Source: Caldisericia bacterium (GTDB taxonomy: Bacteria > Caldisericota > Caldisericia > B22-G15). Taken from it: a stretch of 64,000 nucleotides of DNA. Below are positions 8,919-18,448 of this stretch, piece by piece; position 1 is the stretch's first letter, and each line of letters begins with the position of its first letter. The stretch is from the NCBI GenBank assembly GCA_030018355.1, contig JASEFN010000003.1, positions 83,939-147,938 of the forward strand, read 5' to 3'. Both the position numbers and the translations under genes were made by a program. The notes beneath the pieces were generated by a model. That model was not told the DNA's origin. It was given only the letters and a program-made list of their open reading frames with translations, and did not search any database.

Positions 8919-10742
8919 TCACTCAACTGTTACAGATTTTGCTAAATTTCTCGGTTTATCCACATCAAGACCTCTTAAGTCTGCTGTATAATAAGCAATA
9001 AGTTGCAATGGAACAACTGATAAAATTGGTGAAATATATATATGTGTTCTTGGAATAATTATTGAATCGTCTGATTCTTCAATTATACCTTTAAAATCTT
9101 CTCTAACAATTGAATAAACATTACCTTTTCTTGCTTTAACCTCTTTTATATTTGATTGCATTTTTTCAAAAACTCTCTCATCAGTAGATATAGCAAATGT
9201 TGGAACACTCTCTTCAATGAGAGCAAGTGGTCCATGTTTAAGTTCTCCTGCAGGATATCCTTCGGCATGAAGATAAGAAATTTCCTTTAATTTTAGAGCA
9301 CCCTCAAGAGCAGTTGGATAATCAAGTAATCTTCCAATATAGAATGCATTATTAAGATTTACAATTTTTTCAGCAAGTTCAAATGGTTTTTTAGTATCAC
9401 TCAAAATTCTATTTACAAGGTCTGGCACTCTCTCTATTTCTTTAACAATATAGTCCTCGAAATCTTCAAAAATTACTCCTCTTAATTTTCCTATATGGAT
9501 AGAAAATAAAAGAAGGGTTAAAATTTGAGCAACATATGCTTTTGTAGATGCAACAGCAATTTCAGGTCCTGCATATATTTGAAGCACTTCATCACTCTCT
9601 CTAAAAATTGTGCTTCCATTAACATTTACTATACCTAAAGTTTTTGCTCCCAAATTTTTTGCAAGGCGAAGAGAGGCGATTGTATCTGCAGTTTCACCTG
9701 ATTGAGAAACAAGAATAACAAGAGAATCTTTATTTATATTTGGATTTTCATATCTAAACTCAGATGCTGTATCACATTTTATGGGTATATCAAGAAGGTC
9801 AGTTAAAATATATTTTGCAACTAATCCAGCGTGATATGCAGTACCACATGCAACAATATGTATATTTTTAACTCTTTTTAAAAATTCATTATCTTTTATT
9901 TCAGTGAGAATGACTTTTCCATTTTTTATTCTTCCTCTTAAGGTATCTTTTAAAATTTCTCCTTGTTCCATTATCTCTTTCAACATAAAATGTTTATAAC
10001 CTTTTTTCTCAGCCTGCTCAATATTCCACTTTACTTCCATTTTTTCAAGTTTAATTTCTTCACCGTTCATATTTACAACTTTAACAGTATCTTTTTTAAT
10101 AAGCGCAATCTCGCCATCTTTAAGAATTACAACATTTTTTGTATAAGGTAGAAGTGCTGGAATATCTGATGCAAGAAAATTTTCATTATTACCAAGACCA
10201 ATAATTAATGGTGATTCTTTTCTTACTGCAACTATTTTATCTTTTTCTTTATTTGAAAAAATTGCTAGAGCAAATGAACCTTTAAGAAATTTAACTGCTT
10301 TTAGTGTTGCTTCAAAAATATCTCCATCATAAAACTCTTCAATTAAATGTGGAACAACTTCTGTATCTGTTTCAGATTGAAATATGTGTCCTTTTGATAT
10401 TAAATCTTTTTTAATTTCATCATAATTTTCAATTATTCCATTATGAACAACAATAATCTCCTTTTTACAATCAAAATGCGGATGAGCATTAATGTCAGAT
10501 GGTGGACCATGCGTTGCCCATCTTGTTTGACCTATTCCAAGAGAATATTCTCCATTTATACATGAATTTTTAATTTTTTCTTCAAGAAGAGATATTCTTC
10601 CTTTTGTTTTCATAAGGTAAAGTTCTTTTCCACATAATGCAATTCCTGCTGAATCATATCCTCTATATTCTAATCTTTTTAAACCATCTATAATAATTGG
10701 AAGAATATCTCTATCACCAATATATCCAACAATACCACACAT
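8919..10742 (-). CDS. glmS: Glutamine--fructose-6-phosphate aminotransferase.
   Basis: Starts MCGIVGY (the catalytic Cys after Met), has SIS domains and the C-terminal ...SVTVE. The start was moved from the track's 10778 to the internal ATG at 10742 because the ribozyme occupies the upstream sequence. Confidence 0.93.
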   Translation of the reverse strand: MCGIVGYIGDRDILPIIIDGLKRLEYRGYDSAGIALCGKELYLMKTKGRISLLEEKIKNSCINGEYSLGIGQTRWATHGPPSDINAHPHFDCKKEIIVVHNGIIENYDEIKKDLISKGHIFQSETDTEVVPHLIEEFYDGDIFEATLKAVKFLKGSFALAIFSNKEKDKIVAVRKESPLIIGLGNNENFLASDIPALLPYTKNVVILKDGEIALIKKDTVKVVNMNGEEIKLEKMEVKWNIEQAEKKGYKHFMLKEIMEQGEILKDTLRGRIKNGKVILTEIKDNEFLKRVKNIHIVACGTAYHAGLVAKYILTDLLDIPIKCDTASEFRYENPNINKDSLVILVSQSGETADTIASLRLAKNLGAKTLGIVNVNGSTIFRESDEVLQIYAGPEIAVASTKAYVAQILTLLLFSIHIGKLRGVIFEDFEDYIVKEIERVPDLVNRILSDTKKPFELAEKIVNLNNAFYIGRLLDYPTALEGALKLKEISYLHAEGYPAGELKHGPLALIEESVPTFAISTDERVFEKMQSNIKEVKARKGNVYSIVREDFKGIIEESDDSIIIPRTHIYISPILSVVPLQLIAYYTADLRGLDVDKPRNLAKSVTVE

Positions 10743-10767
10743 AAATTTCTCCTTTTGCCTGGTCTTC

Positions 10768-10920
10768 CCTTTGTTCACAGGTTACCCTGTGTTTTTGAGG
10801 AAGACCTCAAAGGACGGCAACATCCTTGAGGGCATCCGCCGAATGGTTCGATTTTACCCCTTTTAAATAAGGGGAACCCTCTTCCTCGTCACCCAGATTT
10901 TTATATCTGGGCCAGGCGCT
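10768..10920 (-). ncRNA. glmS ribozyme: glmS ribozyme (GlcN6P-dependent self-cleaving riboswitch).
   Basis: Minus-strand RNA reads ...A|GCGCCUGGCCCAGAU..AUCUGGGUGACGAGGAAGAGGGUUCC...AUCGAACCAUUCGGCGGAUGCCCUC...GUGAACAAAGGGAAGACC. This matches the conserved glmS ribozyme core seen in Bacillus: AGCGCC cleavage site, UGACGAGGA, UCGAA..UUCGGCGGAUGCC, GAACAAAG.GAA. Confidence 0.85.
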
Positions 10921-12196
10921 TTTTTAAAAAGTTTTCTAAGGAGAGTGCTATCTCCTTAATCTCTTCCTCTTTTTCACCTTCCACCATAATTCTAATTAAA
11001 TTTTCTGTTCCTGATGGTCTTACCAAAACCCTTCCTTTTCCATTTAATCTTTCATTCCATATCATCACCTCCTTTTTAAATTCTTCGTCATTCATAACTA
11101 AATTTTTATTTGAAACTTCTACATTTCTTAAAATTTGAGGATATCTTATAAATTCTTTTTTCAATTCAGAAAGTGGCTTGTTTTCATTTAAAATAACTCT
11201 CAAAAGTAAAAGTGAAGTTATTATTCCATCTCCAGTTTTACTTTGTGGGAGAAAAATTATGTGACCAGATTGTTCTCCACCAATTGGAGCATTTACTTCA
11301 AGCATTTTATAAAGAACATTTCTATCACCAACTGGAGTTTCATAATATTTTATCTTATATTTTTCAAGAAGAATTTTTAACCCAAAATTACTCATTACTG
11401 TTATTACAATGCTATCTAATTTTAGGTATTTAACGAGAATAAACATTATTATATCTCCATCTACAACTTCTCCCTTATCATCAACTGCAATAACTCTATC
11501 TCCATCTCCGTCAAAAGAAAATCCTATATCAAAGTTACTCTCTTTCTTTTTTTGAACAAGAAAATTAATATTTGTAGAGCCACAATTTACATTTATTTTA
11601 TTTCCATCTGGAATTTCATTATAAAGAATGAGATCTGCATTAAGTGATGAGAAAATAATTGGAGCAACAACCGTTGTTGAGCCATAAGCAAGATCCAAAG
11701 CAATTTTCATTCCTTTTAAATTTAATTTATTATTTTTTATAACCTCACTAATATATTGATGTTTACCTAAAAGAAATTCAAAATTTTTTCCGAAATTTTT
11801 ACTTAATTTAATTTCACTATCAATTAATTTTTCTATCTCTTCTTCCTCATCTTCTGAAAGTTTAATTCCACTTCTGTTGAAAAATTTTATTCCATTATAC
11901 TCAATTGGGTTGTGAGATGCAGAGATCATTCCTCCCCCACTTTTTCCATTTATTTTAAGAAGAAGAGAGAGTGCTGGTGTTGGAAGAATTCCAGTTGAAT
12001 AAACATTAACACCAGTAGATAAAATTCCTGAAATTAAAGCAGCCTCAAGTGAATCAGATGATAAACGAGGGTCTTTTGAAACAATTAAATCTCCTTTAAA
12101 AAATAATCCTGCTGCTTTGCCTACTTTTAAAGCAAAATCTGGTGTTAGATCTTCATTTGCAATGCCTCTTATACCATCAGTCCCAAAGTATTTCAT
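10901..12196 (-). CDS. glmM: Phosphoglucosamine mutase.
   Basis: ISASHNPIEYNGIKF phosphoserine-loop motif and the FGTDGIRG N-terminus. Confidence 0.9.
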   Translation of the reverse strand: MKYFGTDGIRGIANEDLTPDFALKVGKAAGLFFKGDLIVSKDPRLSSDSLEAALISGILSTGVNVYSTGILPTPALSLLLKINGKSGGGMISASHNPIEYNGIKFFNRSGIKLSEDEEEEIEKLIDSEIKLSKNFGKNFEFLLGKHQYISEVIKNNKLNLKGMKIALDLAYGSTTVVAPIIFSSLNADLILYNEIPDGNKINVNCGSTNINFLVQKKKESNFDIGFSFDGDGDRVIAVDDKGEVVDGDIIMFILVKYLKLDSIVITVMSNFGLKILLEKYKIKYYETPVGDRNVLYKMLEVNAPIGGEQSGHIIFLPQSKTGDGIITSLLLLRVILNENKPLSELKKEFIRYPQILRNVEVSNKNLVMNDEEFKKEVMIWNERLNGKGRVLVRPSGTENLIRIMVEGEKEEEIKEIALSLENFLKKRLAQI

Positions 12197-12615
12197 TATT
12201 TTTTAATTTCATATGAATAATTTACTTTTGCACCACTTTTTTTAAGGGTTGCTGCAGCAGAGCAATATTTATTTTGCGAAAGTTCTATGGCTGTTTCAAC
12301 ACTTTTTTCGTCTAAATCCTCTCCTTCTAAAATATATTTTAAATTTATATCTGTCCAAACCTTTGGATGTGTTTCCGCTTTTGTTGCATCAACTTCTATT
12401 TTAAATGATTTAACATGCTTTTTCATTTTAGTAAGAATTGAAATAACATCCATTGCAGTGCATCCCATTAAACCAATTATAAAAAGTTCCATTGGTCTCG
12501 GACCTTTATTTTCTCCACCAACATCTTCACTTGCATCTAAAGTTATTTTGTGTTTTGAGTGTGTCTCCCCTTCGAATCTCATCTTTTCAATCCAATTTAA
12601 TTCAAAGTGTTGCAT
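12196..12615 (-). CDS. OsmC/Ohr-family peroxiredoxin-like protein.
   Basis: About 139 aa with the GPRPMELFIIGLMGCTAMDV motif typical of OsmC. Confidence 0.7.
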   Translation of the reverse strand: MQHFELNWIEKMRFEGETHSKHKITLDASEDVGGENKGPRPMELFIIGLMGCTAMDVISILTKMKKHVKSFKIEVDATKAETHPKVWTDINLKYILEGEDLDEKSVETAIELSQNKYCSAAATLKKSGAKVNYSYEIKK

Positions 12616-12692
12616 ACATCACTCCTTGATTATCTTTAATTTTTTACATTATACCACACATTGAAAAAATGTTTTTTAAATCAAATTCTATT

Positions 12693-12731
12693 AACATGTT
12701 ACTATGGTGTCTGACACCATTGTAACATGTT
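12693..12731. repeat. Palindromic repeat copy D (AACATGTTACTATGGTGTC-T-GACACCATTGTAACATGTT).
   Basis: 39-bp near-perfect palindrome between the ABC permease stop and the osmC/glmM/glmS operon. Confidence 0.8.
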
Positions 12732-13515
12732 ATTCACTGGTTAATCTTTTGTAGGTAAAGTACATTAAAGAAAATATAAAAACATCAAAAAGAAAAATAA
12801 TGAATAAACCCTGTATTAATGGTAAAATCTCCCATCCCTTGATTGTTAGAATTCTAATTGGATTTACTGCATAAGAGAGTGGATTTATTCTTGCAATTAC
12901 TTGTAACCACTTTGGCATCGCTTCAAGTGGAAATAGTGCTGTACTTGAAAAAGTTATTGGAAGAGTGAAAAAGTTAATTATTGTAAAAAATGTTTCAATT
13001 GTTTTTATTGTTGTTCCAATTATTAATGAAAATCCTGCAAAAATAAATGTAAAAAGCATACAAAATAAAATTATAACAATGACTCCTAAAATTCCTGTTG
13101 AAAATCTAACCCCAAAAATATACGCAATAAAGAGTATAATGCTACTTTGAAGAGCGGTTGCAATCATACTTGAGAGTGCTTTCCCAACAGGAATTGCAAC
13201 TCTATTAATTGGTGATGTTAAAAGTTTATCAAGATATCCAATTCTTCTATCCCAAATTATAGAACTTCCCCCAAAAATTCCACCAAAAAGAGAGGTCATA
13301 ATTACAATTCCAGGGGTCATAAATGAAAGATAGTTTGATGTCCCAAAAATTTGAGAAGCAAAAGGATTGTTTGTTAATCTACTCATTGTATTACCCATAA
13401 GACCTAACCAAATTAATGGTTGAAATATAGTTGCCAAGATTCTTGCTCTTTGTCTGAAGAATTTAATTAACTCTCTTTTACATATAGTAAATATATCTGA
13501 AATAAAGATACTCAT
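12730..13515 (-). CDS. ABC-2 type transporter permease.
   Basis: Six-TM hydrophobic profile. It is translationally coupled to the upstream ATPase. Confidence 0.7.
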   Translation of the reverse strand: MSIFISDIFTICKRELIKFFRQRARILATIFQPLIWLGLMGNTMSRLTNNPFASQIFGTSNYLSFMTPGIVIMTSLFGGIFGGSSIIWDRRIGYLDKLLTSPINRVAIPVGKALSSMIATALQSSIILFIAYIFGVRFSTGILGVIVIILFCMLFTFIFAGFSLIIGTTIKTIETFFTIINFFTLPITFSSTALFPLEAMPKWLQVIARINPLSYAVNPIRILTIKGWEILPLIQGLFIIFLFDVFIFSLMYFTYKRLTSE

Positions 13516-14525
13516 CTTCTAGCCCTCTTTATTGTAAGATTTCTTCTAAATACATCTTCTTTGCTTTCTTCACTTTCTCTGATTGTTTTACCCGTGAAAT
13601 GAAGATAAACATCATCAAGAGAGGGTCTTTTTGATCTAATTGAATCAATTTCTACTTGAAATTCTTGTGCAATTTTAAATATTTCAGGAATCAATCTATC
13701 ACCATTTTGATTAACAATTACTTGATATATACCATTTTGTAGAAGTTTTACATTTGATACACTTGATAGAGTTTTAATTCTATCAAGAAATAAATTTTTA
13801 TTATCACTCTCTTTTAAAGTAAATGTTATTATATCTCCTCCAATTATCTCTTTGAGTTTTCCTGGTTTGTCAATTGCTTTTATTTCACCCATATCAATAA
13901 TTGCAACTCTATCACAAAGTTCATCAGCCTCTTCCATATAATGAGTTGTTAAAAAAATTGTCATTCCAAAATCATATCTTAGTTTTCTTATATATTCCCA
14001 AATAGATACTCTTGTTTGAATATCAAGACCAAGAGTTGGTTCATCAAGAAAAAGAATTTTTGGTCTATGAATTAATGCAAGAGAAATATCTAACCTTTTT
14101 CTCATTCCTCCAGAATATGTTGAAACAAGATCAAATCTTCTATCCCAAAGGTTAAAAAGTGTAAGAAGATCTTTTCCTCTCTTTTCAATTTCTTTAATTG
14201 GAATATGATAAAGTTTTCCTTGAATATATAAATTTTCCCATCCAGTTAAATTGTCATCTACACTTGTTTCTTGAGATGCATAGCCAATTAAATTTCTTAC
14301 ACCATTAGGATTTTTTGATATATCAATTCCATCGACATAAACTTTTCCAGATGTTAATTTCAAAAGACCAATTATAACCTTTATTGTTGTTGTTTTTCCA
14401 GCACCATTTGGACCTAAAAAGCCAAAAATTTCACCCTTTTCTATTGAAAAAGAAATTCCTTTAACCGCTTCAACTCCGTTTGAATATATTTTTTTAAGAT
14501 TTTCAATTCTAATTATTTCTTCCAT
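13512..14525 (-). CDS. ABC transporter ATP-binding protein.
   Basis: Walker A GPNGAGKTT, signature YSGGMRKRL, Walker B ILFLDEPT. Confidence 0.88.
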   Translation of the reverse strand: MEEIIRIENLKKIYSNGVEAVKGISFSIEKGEIFGFLGPNGAGKTTTIKVIIGLLKLTSGKVYVDGIDISKNPNGVRNLIGYASQETSVDDNLTGWENLYIQGKLYHIPIKEIEKRGKDLLTLFNLWDRRFDLVSTYSGGMRKRLDISLALIHRPKILFLDEPTLGLDIQTRVSIWEYIRKLRYDFGMTIFLTTHYMEEADELCDRVAIIDMGEIKAIDKPGKLKEIIGGDIITFTLKESDNKNLFLDRIKTLSSVSNVKLLQNGIYQVIVNQNGDRLIPEIFKIAQEFQVEIDSIRSKRPSLDDVYLHFTGKTIRESEESKEDVFRRNLTIKRARR

Positions 14526-15031
14526 AAATCCTCCTCAAATAATCTTTTAATTAAATTTATAAACTTCTTATCATCTCCTCCTCTTCTTAAATGAAAAAAA
14601 ATCAGATTAATAAAAAGTTCTGCTAAATAATCATCTTTTATTTCAAAATTTTCTTTAACAAAATTAATTAAATTTACATTTTCTAGCAATTTTTTAGGTT
14701 TTTCTCCTTTTAAAATAAGAGAATTAAAAATAACCTTCATTGAAGTTTTGTATTTTTCTAAAAACACTCTTAAATTTTTTAAAGTAATTTCAACTTTTTC
14801 TTCAAATTCTTTATTTTTAATTGAATTTTCAATTTCTTTTAATGTTTTGTTCCAATCATCTAAAAAAATTTGGCAAAAAAGGTCTTCTTTTGACTTAAAA
14901 TAGTTATAAAAAGTCCCAATTGAAATTCCGAGACTCTTTACAAGTCCTCTTATTTCAAAATTTTCAAATCCCTTTTCTAAAATATATTCTTTGCATTTCT
15001 CAAAAATAATATCCTTATTCATAATGAACAA
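14513..15031 (-). CDS. TetR-family transcriptional regulator.
   Basis: N-terminal HTH IRGLVKSLGISIGTFYNYFKSKEDL. Confidence 0.75.
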   Translation of the reverse strand: MFIMNKDIIFEKCKEYILEKGFENFEIRGLVKSLGISIGTFYNYFKSKEDLFCQIFLDDWNKTLKEIENSIKNKEFEEKVEITLKNLRVFLEKYKTSMKVIFNSLILKGEKPKKLLENVNLINFVKENFEIKDDYLAELFINLIFFHLRRGGDDKKFINLIKRLFEEDLWKK

Positions 15032-15080
15032 TGTTCATTATAATTGTTAATTTATTTTTGTCAATATTTAACTCAATTAT

Positions 15081-18000
15081 TTATGGTTTATAGTTTTTTT
15101 CATACATTGGTGATGAAAATTCCTTTTCTATATCATATGCTTTACAATATATAGGGCTTTTATTGTAAACTCTTACTTTACCTTTAGCGATTCCGTAAAA
15201 AATACAACCTTTTACAAATTTTCCAGTAAAATTTCCTGTAACAATATATCCATAATTATCATTAGTCATTGAATCCTTCCATGTAAAACTAAAACTTACA
15301 TTTCCATCCTTATCATATGTTCCTGAAACTTCTTGATAAGAATTGTAACAAGTGTTGCCGTCTCCCTTTATCTTTCCATCTTTAAATTGAAGACATAACC
15401 TAATTAATCTATTAGATGTTTCCCACTTGCAATTAATATCACTCCAACTTGGAGCTGTTCCATAAACTTCATAAAAACCATCACATTTTAGAAGAGTAGT
15501 AAATAACACATCTTTATTTGATTCATATTCATATTTTTCACCTGTATATACAACTACAGGCCCACTTTCAATATTTTGAGGAAGTTTTCCTTTTATTTCT
15601 TTATCACTCCAACTTAAAATCTCAATTTCTTTATTTCCAATAAGCACTTTACTTTTTGTTGTTTTATTTTTACCAAAAGAAAATCCATTTATTGTTATTG
15701 TATCTCCACCTTTTCCAGTTGTTGGGTTTATTGAAGAAACCTTTGGTAATATATTTAATGTTACTTTTATAATAAAATAATCTCTTAAAGAAGACTCTTC
15801 CCAAAGTGATGCATGAATAATTATATTTTGTTTACCATCTTTATCAGAAAGTAAATAATCTCTTAAATCTTCAACTTTATATTCATATGCATATTGAACA
15901 GATGATGCACTGTTTAATTTCGCTTCTGTAATAGAATATTTTTGAGTATCTTGTTTTATCTTTTTTCCAGGGTTTCCATTTTTATCTTCTTCTATTGCAG
16001 TTTGAATTTCGATATCTTTCTTATAATTTGAACCATTATAAGCATTCAATTTTAACTTAAGAAGTTCTGCATCTTGAGGAATAAAGAGAGTTTTTTCTTT
16101 TGTTTGAACATTTAACCAAATATATCCTTTCTCATCCGAGGGTTTAATCTGTAACTCATAAAAATTTGTGAGTTTTTTTGTATTTGGATTTGTTATATAA
16201 AAAGAAATTTCACCTGCTGACATTGAGTTTATTTCATCATTACCAGGACACATTAAAGAAAGAGAGGGATTTGCCGCAAAAGTTCCTTCTGGATAAAGAA
16301 TTAAATATTTTTCTGTTGCAACTTTGTGTCTTCCTTTAATCCAATCCCAATCTCTTACTGTATACATTGTTCCATTTTCACTATTTGCAGGTGAAATATT
16401 TTGTGGGTCATGAATTATTATTTCTTCTCCATTTTTTGTATATCCTAAAACTAAAACAACATGTTTTACCCAATTTAAAATAACTATATGTCCTTTATCA
16501 AGTTCTGATAAGATTCTCCATTTTAGATGTGCAATTGCAAAATAAGGTATATGATTTACTGTATAATCAATTTTTTGACTTAAAAAATTTCTTAAATTAT
16601 ATGAAAAAAGTTCTTGATTTAATCCAAAATCAGAATCTTCAACTTTTAGTTCTTTAAGAATATCAAAAAGTTCTATATCTAAACCACTATATTTTATTAA
16701 CATTTGGGCTGAAGTTGAGGCACAAGAACCACCAATTTGTTCATAATATGGCATTCTTATAATTTTTTCATTTGATTTTGGGGTATAATAAGGAGTCCAT
16801 CCAATATAAACTGATAATTTTTCTTTAAAATCTAAAATATTTGAATATAAATCTATAACTTTTGATGAAAAAATGTGATTTATCTTTTTACTTAATAAAG
16901 ATTCTTGAGAAATTTTAACTTTAAATAAACCACTGTTTGAATCATACTCAAATTTAAAATCATATTTTTCTTCTCTTTCTATATCATATCCAAAAATTTG
17001 TAGTTCTTCATTTTTTAATCCTTTTGGTCCATTTGCCTGTAATTCAATCTCTTTTTTAAGTTCTTTAAGGCCAGTTATTTCAAATCCTAATGTATCAACT
17101 GTTGAAAATGAAGGATTTATAATTGATCTTAAAGTGATTTTTGTATCTTGTGAAAATGAATTTTCAGGTATAATAAGTTTTGTTCCATCAGAAAGAATAA
17201 GTTCTCCTCCCAAGGTAGTAAAAACTTTTTCTCCTTCCGCTAATATTTTATTTATTTCAGAAGGAACTTCTAAATTATATGTTATTGTTATTGTCTTTGT
17301 ATTACCATCCCACTCAATAGTACAACCCAATTCTTCTGTAACAAATCTTAATGGGAGCATTGTTCTTCCATTTATTATTTGAGGCGGAACATCAAGTTCT
17401 TTAAGAATTCCATTTACTTTTGCGCTTTTTCTCTCAATCCAGAGTTCAAGAGTTTTTGCTTTAAGTTTTATTGTTACTTTTCTTGTAGTGCCATCCCACT
17501 CTATGGTTCCACCCATCTCTTCAATTATTGCTCTTATTGGAACAAGAGTTCTTCCTTTAACAATAACTGGAACTGTCTTTCTTCCTGGGTCTATCTCTTT
17601 TTTAACTCCATTAACTGTCATATAAGGGTTATTTATTTGAAGAATGATTGTTAAAACTCCCTCTTGAGTTTTGGTGTTATCTTGAGATGGAACTTCATTA
17701 GATATTTTAGTTCCTGTTACACCAAGAGCCCAGCCACTTGTTGGTCCTCTTCTCCATTTTCCAGTAAAAGTTTTACAATCTGAAGAAATTACGAATTCTA
17801 TTTCGCCTGCATCATAGGGTAAACTATAATTTGGTGCTTCTGCCCATGTTCCTGATAAAATATTTTGAGTAACTACACCTTCTATTTTTCCATTATCATA
17901 TTCATAAGTTCCTGTAACTCTATCTCCCTTTTGAATAAGATACATTTTTCCCCAACTTGTATCCCAAATTCCAGTCCAAGTGCAATTTGCTTTAACCTCT

Positions 18001-18101
18001 TTTTTGTTATTGAAAGAGAAGTTAATAAAAGATATAAAAAGGAAAGAAAAAATAATAGTTACAAAAAATATTGTTTTCAATCTGAGTAATAATTTATACA
18101 T
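15081..18101 (-). CDS. Large secreted multidomain protein. It carries copper-amine-oxidase-N-terminal-like repeats, a papain/C39-like cysteine peptidase-like segment and an IPT/TIG domain.
   Basis: Signal peptide. Two repeats ...VNG(V/I)(K/L)KE(I/L)D...GRT(L/M)(V/L)P(I/L)R(A/F)... fit the Cu-amine-oxidase N-terminal domain. GGSCASTSAQM fits a cysteine peptidase catalytic motif. SSINPTTGKGGDTITINGFSFG fits IPT/TIG. Confidence 0.5.
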   Translation of the reverse strand: MYKLLLRLKTIFFVTIIFSFLFISFINFSFNNKKEVKANCTWTGIWDTSWGKMYLIQKGDRVTGTYEYDNGKIEGVVTQNILSGTWAEAPNYSLPYDAGEIEFVISSDCKTFTGKWRRGPTSGWALGVTGTKISNEVPSQDNTKTQEGVLTIILQINNPYMTVNGVKKEIDPGRKTVPVIVKGRTLVPIRAIIEEMGGTIEWDGTTRKVTIKLKAKTLELWIERKSAKVNGILKELDVPPQIINGRTMLPLRFVTEELGCTIEWDGNTKTITITYNLEVPSEINKILAEGEKVFTTLGGELILSDGTKLIIPENSFSQDTKITLRSIINPSFSTVDTLGFEITGLKELKKEIELQANGPKGLKNEELQIFGYDIEREEKYDFKFEYDSNSGLFKVKISQESLLSKKINHIFSSKVIDLYSNILDFKEKLSVYIGWTPYYTPKSNEKIIRMPYYEQIGGSCASTSAQMLIKYSGLDIELFDILKELKVEDSDFGLNQELFSYNLRNFLSQKIDYTVNHIPYFAIAHLKWRILSELDKGHIVILNWVKHVVLVLGYTKNGEEIIIHDPQNISPANSENGTMYTVRDWDWIKGRHKVATEKYLILYPEGTFAANPSLSLMCPGNDEINSMSAGEISFYITNPNTKKLTNFYELQIKPSDEKGYIWLNVQTKEKTLFIPQDAELLKLKLNAYNGSNYKKDIEIQTAIEEDKNGNPGKKIKQDTQKYSITEAKLNSASSVQYAYEYKVEDLRDYLLSDKDGKQNIIIHASLWEESSLRDYFIIKVTLNILPKVSSINPTTGKGGDTITINGFSFGKNKTTKSKVLIGNKEIEILSWSDKEIKGKLPQNIESGPVVVYTGEKYEYESNKDVLFTTLLKCDGFYEVYGTAPSWSDINCKWETSNRLIRLCLQFKDGKIKGDGNTCYNSYQEVSGTYDKDGNVSFSFTWKDSMTNDNYGYIVTGNFTGKFVKGCIFYGIAKGKVRVYNKSPIYCKAYDIEKEFSSPMYEKNYKP

Positions 18102-18221
18102 AAAAAACCTCCAAAAGAAAATTTGATAATTATGTGATTAAGTAAATTTTTTAATTTCTACTATCAAATAATTATCATTTTTTAAATTATAACATAATTT
18201 AATTTTTAGTTTTATTTAATT

Positions 18222-18250
18222 GACTTAAATAAATAAAATAGTAAAATATA
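18222..18250 (+). promoter_or_regulatory. Putative promoter for the tRNA-Gln gene.
   Basis: TTGACT, a 16-17 nt spacer, then TAAAAT upstream of the tRNA. Confidence 0.35.
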
Positions 18251-18259
18251 TTATGATTT

Positions 18260-18333
18260 TGGGGAGTAGCCAAGTGGTAAGGCAGCGGACTTTGGATCCG
18301 CGATCGGTGGTTCGAATCCACCCTCCCCAGCCA
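18260..18333 (+). tRNA. tRNA-Gln (anticodon UUG) with encoded CCA.
   Basis: Cloverleaf: acceptor TGGGGAG/CTCCCCA, D-arm GCC-AAGTGGTAA-GGC, anticodon stem GCGGA/TCCGC with loop CTTTGGA (anticodon TTG), T-arm GGTGG-TTCGAAT-CCACC, discriminator G, then CCA. Closely resembles E. coli tRNA-Gln. Confidence 0.9.
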
Positions 18334-18448
18334 ATCTTAAAAATCCACTCCCTCATACAATATTCAAACACAAATCACAACTTAACCCTTGAAAGGAGTT
18401 GTTAATAAGATAAAATAATTTTAAAATTTATTTTGGAGGTTAAAAGTT

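Noticed and set aside
10743-10778. Extended N-terminus of glmS (MNKGKTRQKEKF...) from the ORF track.
   Set aside because: GlmS must start Met-Cys, and MCGIVGY begins at 10742. The upstream 36 nt belong to the glmS ribozyme 3' region and RBS.
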